Origin: Candidatus Omnitrophota bacterium
Lineage (GTDB): Bacteria > Omnitrophota > Gorgyraeia > B26-G9
Direction of reading: 5' to 3'
Assembly (NCBI GenBank): GCA_016213925.1
Contig: JACQZH010000012.1
Location: forward strand, 1 to 60,993
Length of the DNA stretch: 60,993 bases
A program made the position numbers and the translations under genes. This document shows positions 9,384-18,868 of the stretch, one piece after another. Each line of letters begins with the position of its first letter. The stretch's first letter is position 1. The notes beneath the pieces were generated by a model. That model had not been told where the DNA came from. It saw only the letters and a list, made by a program, of their open reading frames with translations, and made no database searches.

Positions 9384-11223
9384 CGGGAAGCTTGCTTCAT
9401 CTATTTTTCTGGCTTTGCTGGCATTGTCAGCTAATTGCCTGGCTAATGTTTCCGATCAGAATCCCCCTATAGAAATGCCATTGCCGGAAGATGAGCTGGC
9501 TAAAGCGGCTGCTGCATATGAGAAAGTTCTTTCTGTTGCTCCGGATAATTTAAATACACGCTTAAAGTATGCCAGATTTCTCCGTGATAATAAATTTTTC
9601 GAAAAAGCAGCATTAGAGTTTAGGAAAACCATAAATCAGGATCCGGAAAACTTATCTCTTATTAAAGAATATGGTAAATTACTTGCGGATTTGAAAGAGT
9701 ACAAAGAAGCGATAATATTATATGAAAAAAGCAAAGAGGTTTTTCCTGACGATGTTGAGGTGGATTTGTTGCTGGCTGATTCTCTTTTGAAATCAAAACA
9801 ATCCGATAAGGCAATTAAAGTATATGCGGCAGTTTTCGAAAAAAATCCAGAAAACAAAGAAAGCCTGATTGGTGCAGGGAAAATATATCTGGAAAAAAAT
9901 AACTATAAGGAAGCGCGGGAGTATTTTTTGAAAGCGCTTAAATTAGACGATAAGGATGGGCGGGTATTTGCGGGGCTTGGACGGGTAGAGTTGATAAGGG
10001 GCAAGTATGCAAATGCTATAGAAATATTACAGAAAGCAAAAGAATTTTCAGGGATCGATAATGATTACGGATATTTTCTGGCGCAGGCTTATTTAGGAAA
10101 TGAAGAGGAAGAAAAAGCAGCGCAAGAATTAGAAAAATTACTAAAAATCGCAGTAGATCATAATGAGGCACGGCTGTTGCTTGCCCGAATATATCTTGAC
10201 TATGGCCGTTATGAAGAGGCGCTGAAAATTTTAGAGAAAATACAGGGAGAAAATATTTTCTCAAAAAACTTGATGTTGGTTTTTATCTATGGGGCAACTG
10301 GTGATTTTGAAAATTTCTGGAAGAAACTGAAGGAAAAGCCTCTTTTTGCGGTTTTTTTTCTGCTGATTATTTCTGCGGTGAGTATAGGTTCTGTTTTAGT
10401 AATAGGGCTTTTATTGGCAAGCGCGTATTGGGCTGGGAGATTAACAAAAGGCAGGGCAAGCTTATTTGACTATAAAAGAGGGGCTTTGCTTCAATCTTTT
10501 TTTGTCTGCCTGATACTATTTTTCCTCCCTGGATTTTTAGGAATTATATTAGGATCGTTAATTTATAATAATTGGTTTTTAGTATTTACTTGCTCTTATT
10601 ATATCACAAGTAAGGCTGTGCAGCTTGCGCTTATTTCGCAGGTTGCGGCGCTTTTAATGTGCAGTAGTTTTATTTTTTGGCTTACCTTGAAAAAAAACAG
10701 CCAGACGATGCCTGAATTCGGTTTTAAAAAGATAAGAATCGGACGTTTTATCCGAGTATCTTTAGCGGCAACTATTTTAATTTTTCTTTGTAATTTATCC
10801 TATTTGTATTTTTATCTAAGGGTAAACGGGCATGGCCCGCAAGTGCAGTTTATCAGCAGGGTGATAGCAGCTTCTGGAGAAATGAAAGAAACTATGTGGC
10901 TTTTTATTTTTGTAGTTGTTGCAGGGCCTATTGCCGAGGAAGTAATTTTCCGAGCGTTTATTTTTTCGTATTTGCGCAGGTATTGTAATTTTTTTACCGC
11001 CGCGTTTATAAGCTGTATTCTTTTTGGTTTTTTTCATTTTCAGGGCAGTTTATTTGTGCCGATAGCAGTTATGGGGTTTGTTTTTGCCTGGCTTTTCGAG
11101 CGGACAAGAAGTATTTTACCTCCAATTGCGGTTCATTTAACATGGAATTGTTTCTCTTTTGCGGCAACTTTTTTTTTAGTTGAATATTCTGAAAAAGTAA
11201 ACATAAATTTATTGACATCATAG
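9370..11223 (+). CDS. TPR-repeat protein fused to a CPBP (CAAX/Abi-type) intramembrane glutamic protease domain
   Basis: Signal/TM segment plus about 300 aa of TPR-like repeats, then a polytopic C-terminus with CPBP motifs EEVIFR, FGFFH and HLTWN. Confidence 0.7.
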   Translation: MIKLSGKLASSIFLALLALSANCLANVSDQNPPIEMPLPEDELAKAAAAYEKVLSVAPDNLNTRLKYARFLRDNKFFEKAALEFRKTINQDPENLSLIKEYGKLLADLKEYKEAIILYEKSKEVFPDDVEVDLLLADSLLKSKQSDKAIKVYAAVFEKNPENKESLIGAGKIYLEKNNYKEAREYFLKALKLDDKDGRVFAGLGRVELIRGKYANAIEILQKAKEFSGIDNDYGYFLAQAYLGNEEEEKAAQELEKLLKIAVDHNEARLLLARIYLDYGRYEEALKILEKIQGENIFSKNLMLVFIYGATGDFENFWKKLKEKPLFAVFFLLIISAVSIGSVLVIGLLLASAYWAGRLTKGRASLFDYKRGALLQSFFVCLILFFLPGFLGIILGSLIYNNWFLVFTCSYYITSKAVQLALISQVAALLMCSSFIFWLTLKKNSQTMPEFGFKKIRIGRFIRVSLAATILIFLCNLSYLYFYLRVNGHGPQVQFISRVIAASGEMKETMWLFIFVVVAGPIAEEVIFRAFIFSYLRRYCNFFTAAFISCILFGFFHFQGSLFVPIAVMGFVFAWLFERTRSILPPIAVHLTWNCFSFAATFFLVEYSEKVNINLLTS

Positions 11224-11303
11224 GGAAATTTTGATAATCTATTCTTGCTTAAGATAAAGGGGAAAATTAACTTAAGTTTGCATAAAATAACGAAGGGGGA
11301 ACA

Positions 11304-12275
11304 ATGACTGTAGAACTAGAAGGCCATGGGATTCCGTTTGATCCGATTTTGCCGGAAGAGAATCCTCCGGTTGATGAAAGTAAGCCTGCCAAAAAAGAAC
11401 ATTCAAAAGATGATCGAAAAAAGTTAAAAGAAAAAAAGACTGGCTCAAATTTTATGCTGATTATCCTTGTCTTTGTTGCTATTCTTTCTTTGGCAACGGC
11501 AGGTGCCTTGTATATCGGCAAAGAGTCGGAGACAACTAAGCGCTTGGAGGCTGAAGAAAATCTTAATCAAATGCGTATTGCTAAGCAAGAACTTCAGCAG
11601 GAACTTAAAGATACTCAAAATGTAAAGCGTCAGCTTGAAATTGATATTGAGCAGAGAAAGGAAAGCTATTTGCAGCTTTCAGAGCAGTTTAATAAGGAGC
11701 AGGCGGAAAAGGAAAATCTTCTTTTAAAATTTAATCAAAAAGTGGAAATGCTTGCTTCAATGAAAAAAAGGTTAGATGACGAGAAGAGTCAGACGGAGAT
11801 ATTGGGCAGAAAACTGGAAACTGTTACTTATGAAAATGAGGACATAAAAAAACAATTAAGTCAAATACGCACGGCTAAGGAAGCTTTGGAAAATAGAATC
11901 ATACAAATGAGCCGAAAAAAAAAATCTGATGGTGTTGAACTAGAAACAATTATTGTAGATGAAAATTCTGCCCCGGTTTCTGAAGAGCCTGCGTTTAATA
12001 GCGGGCTGGGCACGGAAACTCATTTTGTTCCTTTGGGACCGACAGCGCGTTTAGAAGGCCAAGTTTTGGTTGTGAATAAAGAATTTTCGTTTGTTGTGAT
12101 CAATATCGGGGAAAAAGACGGAATAAAATCCGAAGAAGTTTTGGATGTCTATCGCGGCAAGGAACTTCTAGGTAAAGTACAGGTTGAGCGTATTTATGAT
12201 ACTATGTCTTCGGCAGTAATTTTACCGTCTACCCAGGTAGAAATCAAAGAGGGGGATATTGTAAAATTAATATAG
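11304..12275 (+). CDS. Membrane-anchored coiled-coil protein with a small C-terminal beta-rich domain (function unknown)
   Basis: One TM (ILVFVAILSLATAGALYI) and about 150 aa of heptad-like E/K/Q-rich sequence. RBS GAAGGGGGA. Contains an A11 run at 11915-11925. Confidence 0.5.
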   Translation: MTVELEGHGIPFDPILPEENPPVDESKPAKKEHSKDDRKKLKEKKTGSNFMLIILVFVAILSLATAGALYIGKESETTKRLEAEENLNQMRIAKQELQQELKDTQNVKRQLEIDIEQRKESYLQLSEQFNKEQAEKENLLLKFNQKVEMLASMKKRLDDEKSQTEILGRKLETVTYENEDIKKQLSQIRTAKEALENRIIQMSRKKKSDGVELETIIVDENSAPVSEEPAFNSGLGTETHFVPLGPTARLEGQVLVVNKEFSFVVINIGEKDGIKSEEVLDVYRGKELLGKVQVERIYDTMSSAVILPSTQVEIKEGDIVKLI

Positions 12276-12300
12276 AATTTATTTAAAGTTAACAATTTTT

Positions 12301-12327
12301 GGGGGAGTTAGTATGCTCCCCCTTTTT
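12301..12327 (+). terminator. Rho-independent terminator
   Basis: GGGGGAG / CTCCCCC 7-bp stem with an 8-nt loop, followed by TTTTT. Lies 26 nt after the stop at 12275. Confidence 0.7.
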
Positions 12328-12346
12328 AATTGCAAGGCGTGGATTT

Positions 12347-13666
12347 ATGGCAGAAATTAAAGTAAGAAAAATAAAGGCAATCCGCGGAGAATTTATAGCT
12401 CCTGCGGATAAGTCTATTTCGCAGCGGGCAATTATGGTAAGTTCCTTGGCTAAAGGCAAAACGAGGATTGACAATTTTCTAAAATGTGACGACAGTTTAC
12501 GGGCAATAGATGCTTTTAGAAAGATGGGAGTAAAAATAAAACTTATTCAGCAAAAAGGGAAATCACTGATATTTACTGAGGGCAGGGGAGTAAACGGGTT
12601 GAGAAAGCCGTATTCTAATTTATACATCGGTAATTCAGGTACAACGATGAGGATAATTTGCGGAATCCTTGCCGGTCAGAAGTTTGATTCGGTTTTAACA
12701 GGAGATGCCTCTCTTTCCAGGAGGCCGATGAAAAGAATTTTTGATCCTTTACGCATGATGGGCGCGGATTTGCGGGGAAAAAAAATCAACCAACAGGAAT
12801 TCCCTCCGATCGTTATAAAGGGGCGTTCTTTACAGGCAATAAAATATCAGACGCCGGTGAATAGCGCGCAGGTAAAATCGAGTATCTTGTTTGCCGGTTT
12901 ATTCGCAAAAGGCAGAACATGTATTTTGGAAAAATTAAAAACTCGCGACCATACAGAACGTATGCTGCGTTTATTCGGCGCAGATATTTCAATAAAAAAG
13001 CTGGCTGTCGCTGTTTCTGCGGATAAAATACTTAAGTCGCCGGGCAGCTTGTATATCCCGGGAGATATTTCTTCATGCGCTTTTTTTATCATGGCAGCGC
13101 TGCTTCTTAAAGGTTCTCATTTATTAATTAAAAATGTCGGGATTAACCCAACGCGGACAGGTTTATTGAAAATATTAAAACGTATGGGAGCGGATATTGT
13201 CGTTAAAAGAAATAAGAGGGCATTAAATGCTTTTGAGCCTTATGCCGATATATTAGTGCGCTCAAGTGTGCTAAAAGCTACAGTACTTGATCCCGAGGAT
13301 GTAGCTTATTGCATAGATGAGTTGCCGATTATTTGTGTCGGAGCATGCTTTGCTAAAGGAACGACAAAGATTATCGGAGCTGCCGAATTAAGAGTTAAGG
13401 AGACAGACAGGATTTATTCGATGGTAACCAATCTTAAAAAAATGGGGGCAAAGATTAAAAGTGCCGGCAATGACCTTATAATCCAAGGGACTGGAAAACT
13501 AAAAGCAGCAAAGGTTAAAAGTTTCGGAGATCACCGTACTGCGATGTGTTTGGCTGTAGCCGGATTGCTTACCGAAGGACAGACGACAGTTGAGAATACT
13601 GATTGTGTAAACAAATCATTTCCTGATTTTGAGAGGATTTTAGAAAATATAACTCAATTGACATAA
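12347..13666 (+). CDS. aroA: 3-phosphoshikimate 1-carboxyvinyltransferase (EPSP synthase)
   Basis: Motifs KSISQRAIM and LYIGNSGTTMR, and family-typical length. The ATG at 12347 is preferred over the upstream alternative start, which lies inside the terminator. Confidence 0.9.
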   Translation: MAEIKVRKIKAIRGEFIAPADKSISQRAIMVSSLAKGKTRIDNFLKCDDSLRAIDAFRKMGVKIKLIQQKGKSLIFTEGRGVNGLRKPYSNLYIGNSGTTMRIICGILAGQKFDSVLTGDASLSRRPMKRIFDPLRMMGADLRGKKINQQEFPPIVIKGRSLQAIKYQTPVNSAQVKSSILFAGLFAKGRTCILEKLKTRDHTERMLRLFGADISIKKLAVAVSADKILKSPGSLYIPGDISSCAFFIMAALLLKGSHLLIKNVGINPTRTGLLKILKRMGADIVVKRNKRALNAFEPYADILVRSSVLKATVLDPEDVAYCIDELPIICVGACFAKGTTKIIGAAELRVKETDRIYSMVTNLKKMGAKIKSAGNDLIIQGTGKLKAAKVKSFGDHRTAMCLAVAGLLTEGQTTVENTDCVNKSFPDFERILENITQLT

Positions 13667-13739
13667 AACTGTGCTTGTGTTATAACTATAATATCTTGTA
13701 TAATAGACAAAAATTATGTAGTTATAAAAGGGGAGTCAA

Positions 13740-14807
13740 ATGAATAAAATACTTGATCGAATTGTGGCTTTTTTTGATAGAGTAAAGGCTTTTTTTTCTT
13801 TTGATATCGGGATTGACCTGGGCACAGCTAATACACTGGTCTATGTTAAAGGCGAGGGGATTGTGCTTTGCGAGCCTTCGGTTGTGGCAATTCAAAAAGG
13901 GACTTCACAGGTTCTTGCTGTTGGTGAAGAAGCAAAGCGTATGATCGGGAGAACCCCTGGGAACATAATCGCGATTCGTCCAATGAAAGATGGGGTTATT
14001 GCCGACTTTGAAATCAGCGAAAGAATGCTGCGCTATTTTATCAGCCGCGTGCATGATCGCAAACGTTTTATTAAACCGCTTATTGTTATAGCTGTTCCTT
14101 CCGGGATTACAGAAGTTGAGAAGCGCGCGGTTATTGATTCAGCTGAACGGGCCGGCGCTCGTGAAGTTTATCTTATAGAAGAACCTAAAGCAGCTGCTAT
14201 CGGAGTTGGTTTGCCGGTGCAGGATCCAATTGGTAATATGGTTGTTGATATTGGAGGAGGAACCACAGAGATTGCGATTATATCTTTGGGCGGAATTGTT
14301 TGTGCAAAGAGTTTAAGAATCGGCGGTGATGAAATGGATGATGCGATAATTCAGCATCTTAAACGTACATATAATCTTATGGTCGGAGAACGTACTGCTG
14401 AAGAAATAAAAATAAAAATCGGTTCCGCGTATCCTCTGGAAGAAGAGATCAGCTTGGAAATTAGGGGCCGCGATTTAATTGCAGGGCTGCCAAAAACAGT
14501 CAAGGTTTCTTCCCAGGAGATACGGGATGCGTTAGCAGAACCGATTACTTCAATAGTGGAGGCGGTTAGGGTTATTCTTGAAAAAGCACCTGCTGAGCTT
14601 TCAGCTGACTTAGTTGAACAGGGAATTGTCATGGTCGGAGGAGGAAGTTTATTACGCGGTATAGATAGATTGTTGCATGAGGAGACAGGTCTGCCTGTGA
14701 GAGTAGCTGAAGATGCTTTAACTGCAGTAGCGCTAGGCACAGGAAAGTTTTTAAATGAAATTCATAATTACCGGCGGCTTAATAATCCCCGAAAGAATAA
14801 TTATTGA
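13740..14807 (+). CDS. mreB: Rod shape-determining actin homologue MreB
   Basis: [21 protein letters not shown] and [10 protein letters not shown] actin-fold motifs. RBS AAGGGGAG. Confidence 0.95.
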   Translation: MNKILDRIVAFFDRVKAFFSFDIGIDLGTANTLVYVKGEGIVLCEPSVVAIQKGTSQVLAVGEEAKRMIGRTPGNIIAIRPMKDGVIADFEISERMLRYFISRVHDRKRFIKPLIVIAVPSGITEVEKRAVIDSAERAGAREVYLIEEPKAAAIGVGLPVQDPIGNMVVDIGGGTTEIAIISLGGIVCAKSLRIGGDEMDDAIIQHLKRTYNLMVGERTAEEIKIKIGSAYPLEEEISLEIRGRDLIAGLPKTVKVSSQEIRDALAEPITSIVEAVRVILEKAPAELSADLVEQGIVMVGGGSLLRGIDRLLHEETGLPVRVAEDALTAVALGTGKFLNEIHNYRRLNNPRKNNY

Positions 14808-14823
14808 GTGATAAATTTTAATT

Positions 14824-15615
14824 GTGTTTAAACAAAAAAAAATATTTTTACTTATCCCATTATTTATCCTGCTAGTAGTCATATTAGTATTTCCCCCCAA
14901 TAGATTAGTGTGTTTAAAAAACAATTGGATGGTTTTTTTTAAAAGTCCAATGTCGTTGAGCTACCGTTTGTATTATTTCATCGGTCAAGCTAAAGAAATT
15001 TTTACATTTTACGCTGATTATCAGGTTGTTAAACTAGAGTTGGAAAAACTGCGTTTTCAGGCAAATGAATTTGAAGAGGCAAGATTGGAAAATAATCGTC
15101 TGCATGAAATCTTAGAATTTCAGCAACAGGCTGATTATGAGTTTGTTGTCGCGCAGGTTATAGGTAAAGAGCCGACAAATTGGTTAAGTAGCTTGATTAT
15201 TAATAAAGGCAGCAACCATGGAATTGAAATAAACCAGACAGTAATGCATTTTTCTGGAGTAATTGGTAAAATTATAGAAGTTAGCCCAATAACGTCTAAA
15301 GTGCTTCTAATCAGTGATGTTAACAGCCGCGTGGTTGCTTTGGTTCAGAGGACAAGGATGGAGGGTATTCTTGAAGGCATAGGGAATGGTTTATGCCGGC
15401 TTAAATATCTGCCGCCAGACGCAGATTTAAATTTAAACGATGTTGTAATTACTTCCGGATTAGGAGGCGTTTATCCGAAGGGTTTAATAATCGGCTGCAT
15501 TGAAAGCATACGTATGGAAAGAGGCGGGATATATAAAAGCTGTATAGTGAAACCATTTGTTGTGTTGTCAGCTTTGGAAGAGGTTTTATGTTTAAAATTA
15601 GATTTAAGACTTTAA
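14824..15615 (+). CDS. mreC: Rod shape-determining protein MreC
   Basis: N-terminal TM, coiled coil (LELEKLRFQANEFEEARLENNRL), then a beta-domain (GVIGKIIEVSP..SKVLLISD; TSGLGGVYPKGL). Confidence 0.8.
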   Translation: MFKQKKIFLLIPLFILLVVILVFPPNRLVCLKNNWMVFFKSPMSLSYRLYYFIGQAKEIFTFYADYQVVKLELEKLRFQANEFEEARLENNRLHEILEFQQQADYEFVVAQVIGKEPTNWLSSLIINKGSNHGIEINQTVMHFSGVIGKIIEVSPITSKVLLISDVNSRVVALVQRTRMEGILEGIGNGLCRLKYLPPDADLNLNDVVITSGLGGVYPKGLIIGCIESIRMERGGIYKSCIVKPFVVLSALEEVLCLKLDLRL

Positions 15616-16091
15616 CCTTTGCTATTGTAGCCTATCTAACGGTTATTGTCCAAGTTACGTTGCTAAATGTCTTTTTTTTATCAATGATTAAACCAGATTT
15701 GATTTTACTGCTTGTGCTTTTTTTTGGCTTATATAACGGTGAAAAGAGCGGGTTGCTCTGCGGTATGATTCTGGGTGTAGTTGTGGATATATTAAGCACG
15801 GGTATATTCGGGATTAATAGTTTTCTATTAGGCTTTGTTGGGTTCGTTTCCGGGGCGTTAAAAGAGCGGGTTTATACGAATCATATATTAACGAGTATTA
15901 TTGTCGGGTTTTCCGCCAGCTTGATTTCGGTGTCGAGTTATTATTTACTTGCTAATAATTTTTACCGGCTGCCTTCCTTTCCGCAGAATGCAGTGATAAT
16001 TTCCGGCACTGTTTTTTGCACAACTTTATGTAATATCTTTTTTGTCAGAATGCTGGAAAAGGTTATTATCTTTAAACAAATGACTCTTTAA
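15588..16091 (+). CDS. mreD: Rod shape-determining protein MreD
   Basis: 167-aa polytopic membrane protein directly following and overlapping mreC. Confidence 0.7.
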   Translation: MFKIRFKTLTFAIVAYLTVIVQVTLLNVFFLSMIKPDLILLLVLFFGLYNGEKSGLLCGMILGVVVDILSTGIFGINSFLLGFVGFVSGALKERVYTNHILTSIIVGFSASLISVSSYYLLANNFYRLPSFPQNAVIISGTVFCTTLCNIFFVRMLEKVIIFKQMTL

Positions 16092-17721
16092 ATGAGATTA
16101 TCTATATTAAGAAATATATTATTTAGCTTGTTTTTAGTGCTGTTGCTGGACATCTTCTGGATGCAGATAGTAAAAGGCCCGGAATATTTGCGGCAGAGCG
16201 AGAATAACAGGATCCGCTTGGTGGCTGAAGAAGCCTCAAGAGGAATAATATATGATTGCAACAATATCCCGTTGGTAGAAAATAAGCTGGCATTTGATAT
16301 CGTAGTTGTCCCTAATGAATTCAAGGAAGATACCCGCGAGGCCATATTTTTAAAGTTAAGCAGGTTGCTCAATATAGAAAAAAAAATCCTTTTGGAAATT
16401 GTTTTGAATAATTCAAACACAGGTTTTTCTCCGCTTTTGATTGCCAGTGATGTTTCTGGGGAAACGGCATTTTTAATAGAACAGGAAATCACTAATCTTC
16501 CCGGAGTTTTTGTCCAGACGAGGGCACGCAGGCAATATATTTACAAAGAAGTGCTGGCGCATGTCATCGGTTATGTCGGGAAAATGAGAGAAGACGAGTA
16601 TCAGCAATTAAAAAAATACGGGTATCAAATTCGCGATGTTATCGGCCGCAGCGGGTTAGAGAAAACATTTGATGAGGTTTTGAGAGGTAATTCTGGCGGG
16701 ATGCAGCTTGAAGTTAATAGCGCGGGAAAAGCTACAGCAGCTTGTGTATGAACTTATTGGCGGTTTAAAAGGCGGAATTGCGGTCATGGATGCGCGGACC
16801 GGAGAAATTCTTTCTTTATGCAGCAGTCCTTCTTTTGATCCGAATATATTTATTGATAAGAATATGAATGGCGCAGTAAAAAAAGTTATGCAGGATATTG
16901 ATTCACCGCTTTTAAACCGGGTCGTCAATGCTTATCCTCCTGGTTCAATTTTTAAAGTTGTTACAGCTTATGCCGGCCTTGCAGAAAAAAATATAAATCC
17001 GGAAAGTGCTATTTTTTGCCCGGGAAAATTCAAGATTGGTGATTCCGTGCGGTTTTGCTGGCTGAAACGCGGACATAAAGAGGTGTTTTTAAAAACAGCC
17101 CTGGCGGGTTCCTGTAATGTGTATTTTTGGGAAATAGGGCTGAAAATTGGAGAAAAAATCCTTTCAAAATACGCAAAGGAATTTAGCTTGGGTAAATTAA
17201 CAGGGATAGAGCTGCCCGGAGAAAGTGCCGGAGTTGTCCCGGATTCTAAATGGAAAAGCCTGCAATTACATCAGCGCTGGTATGGAGGTGATACCATAAA
17301 TTTTTCAATAGGCCAAGGGTACTTGCTGGTAAGCCCGATTCAAGCTTTAAGGATGATTGCTTTTGTTGCTAACGAAGGATATGAGGTTTCTCCGCATATT
17401 CTAAAAAAACAAGCCGCAATTAAAAATAAAAAGGTTTTAAATCCGGATTTTTTTGATATTATAAAGCAGGGAATGTATGAAGTTGTAAACAGTCCCTTTG
17501 GAACCGGTTATAATGCGTTTATTGAAAATGCTAGAATCTTTGCCAAAACCGGCACAGCTCAGGTTTTCGGTCAGATCCCGCATGCCTGGTTTGCCGGATT
17601 TGTTGAGATTAAGGATCGGAAAATTTGCTTTATAGTATTTTTGGAAAATGGCGGCCATGGAGGAGAAAGCGCGGCTTTAATTGCTAAACAGATAGTAGCG
17701 TATTTCAACAACAATAATTAA
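16092..17721 (+). pseudogene. mrdA: Penicillin-binding protein 2 (elongasome transpeptidase), split into two overlapping ORFs by a +1 frame change with an apparent ~20-aa internal deletion
   Basis: ORF 16092-16751 carries the TM and pedestal region and ends ..QLEVNSAGKATAACV*. ORF 16708-17721 (+1 frame) carries ..LQQLVYELIGG..IAVMDARTGEILS.. and the SxxK motif (GSIFK). The segment between EVN..G and LQ that is present in E. coli PBP2 is missing. Confidence 0.7.
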
Positions 17722-17731
17722 CTTTATAAAT

Positions 17732-18823
17732 ATGGTGTCGTTTATTAAGAATTCTGATCACATTTTTTTAGTTATATTGGTGGTATTAATATTATTAGGT
17801 TTGTTGATCTTATATAGTGCTTCATATCAAAAGCAGATAAATACCGGTAAAAATTTTGTTTTAAATCAAATAGTCTGGATAATTTCAGGGGCATCATTAG
17901 TGTTTCTGATCGCTAGTACCAGTTACCGGTATTTCTTAAGTGTTGCCTATATAATTTATGGGATTCATATTTTTTTCTTACTACTTGTTCTTATTATAGG
18001 TAAAACCGCATTGGGAGCTCAACGCTGGATTAGTTTTGGGGGCATAGGGTTCCAGCCTTCTGAATTTTCTAAAGTGTTTACGATTCTGGTATTGGCAAGA
18101 ATGATCGGCGATTACCCTCAACGTTTGACCTATATTAAAGGATTGGTTGCACCTTTTTGTATTGTTATGCTGCCGATGATTCTGATATTTAAACAACCGG
18201 ATCTTGGTACGGCTTTAGTTTTTTTTCCGATTTTTCTGGCAATAATCTGGGTCGGAGGGATTAGGTTAAAATATTTAATGGCGATGTTTGCTTCGGTTAT
18301 TATTACAATGCCCCTGTTCTGGGGTTTGTTAAAAGAATATCAAAAAGACCGCTTACTGGTATTTATGAACCCTAATCTTGATCCTCTGGGTGCAGGATAT
18401 ACCATAAATCAGTCAAGGATTGCTATAGGTTCGGGAATGTTTTTCGGTAAAGGATGGTTAACAGGCACGCAGAACCGGCTGAATTTTCTTCCGGAAAGGC
18501 ATACGGATTTTATTTTTTCGGTAATTGGAGAGGAATGGGGGTTTGTCGGCACAGCGACAATCCTGTTTTTGTTTATCTTTTTTATGTTCCGCTCTATCAG
18601 GATAGCTGAAAGTTGCGGTGATGTGTCCGGGCGTTTAATTTGTGTCGGAATAACGACAATGCTTTCGTTGCATGTTATAATAAATATCGGCATGACATTA
18701 GGGGTTATGCCTGTTGTCGGGATGCCGTTGCCTTTTATTAGTTACGGAGGCTCTGCTTTTATAGTTAATCTTATTGCGGTAGGTTTTTTATTAAATGTGC
18801 AAAACCACAAGAGCTGTTTTTGA
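17732..18823 (+). CDS. rodA: SEDS-family peptidoglycan polymerase RodA
   Basis: 363 aa with about 10 TM segments. QPSEFSK and PFISYGGS motifs. Follows mrdA. Confidence 0.9.
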   Translation: MVSFIKNSDHIFLVILVVLILLGLLILYSASYQKQINTGKNFVLNQIVWIISGASLVFLIASTSYRYFLSVAYIIYGIHIFFLLLVLIIGKTALGAQRWISFGGIGFQPSEFSKVFTILVLARMIGDYPQRLTYIKGLVAPFCIVMLPMILIFKQPDLGTALVFFPIFLAIIWVGGIRLKYLMAMFASVIITMPLFWGLLKEYQKDRLLVFMNPNLDPLGAGYTINQSRIAIGSGMFFGKGWLTGTQNRLNFLPERHTDFIFSVIGEEWGFVGTATILFLFIFFMFRSIRIAESCGDVSGRLICVGITTMLSLHVIINIGMTLGVMPVVGMPLPFISYGGSAFIVNLIAVGFLLNVQNHKSCF

Positions 18824-18868
18824 ACAGGAATAGTTAAAAAATTTTTTATAGTATAAGGAGGAGTAAAA

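Noticed and set aside
11304-12275. A PilZ (c-di-GMP receptor) domain at the C-terminus of the coiled-coil protein.
   Set aside because: The RxxxR and (D/N)xSxxG signature motifs are not present. The region only has a generic small beta-barrel-like pattern.
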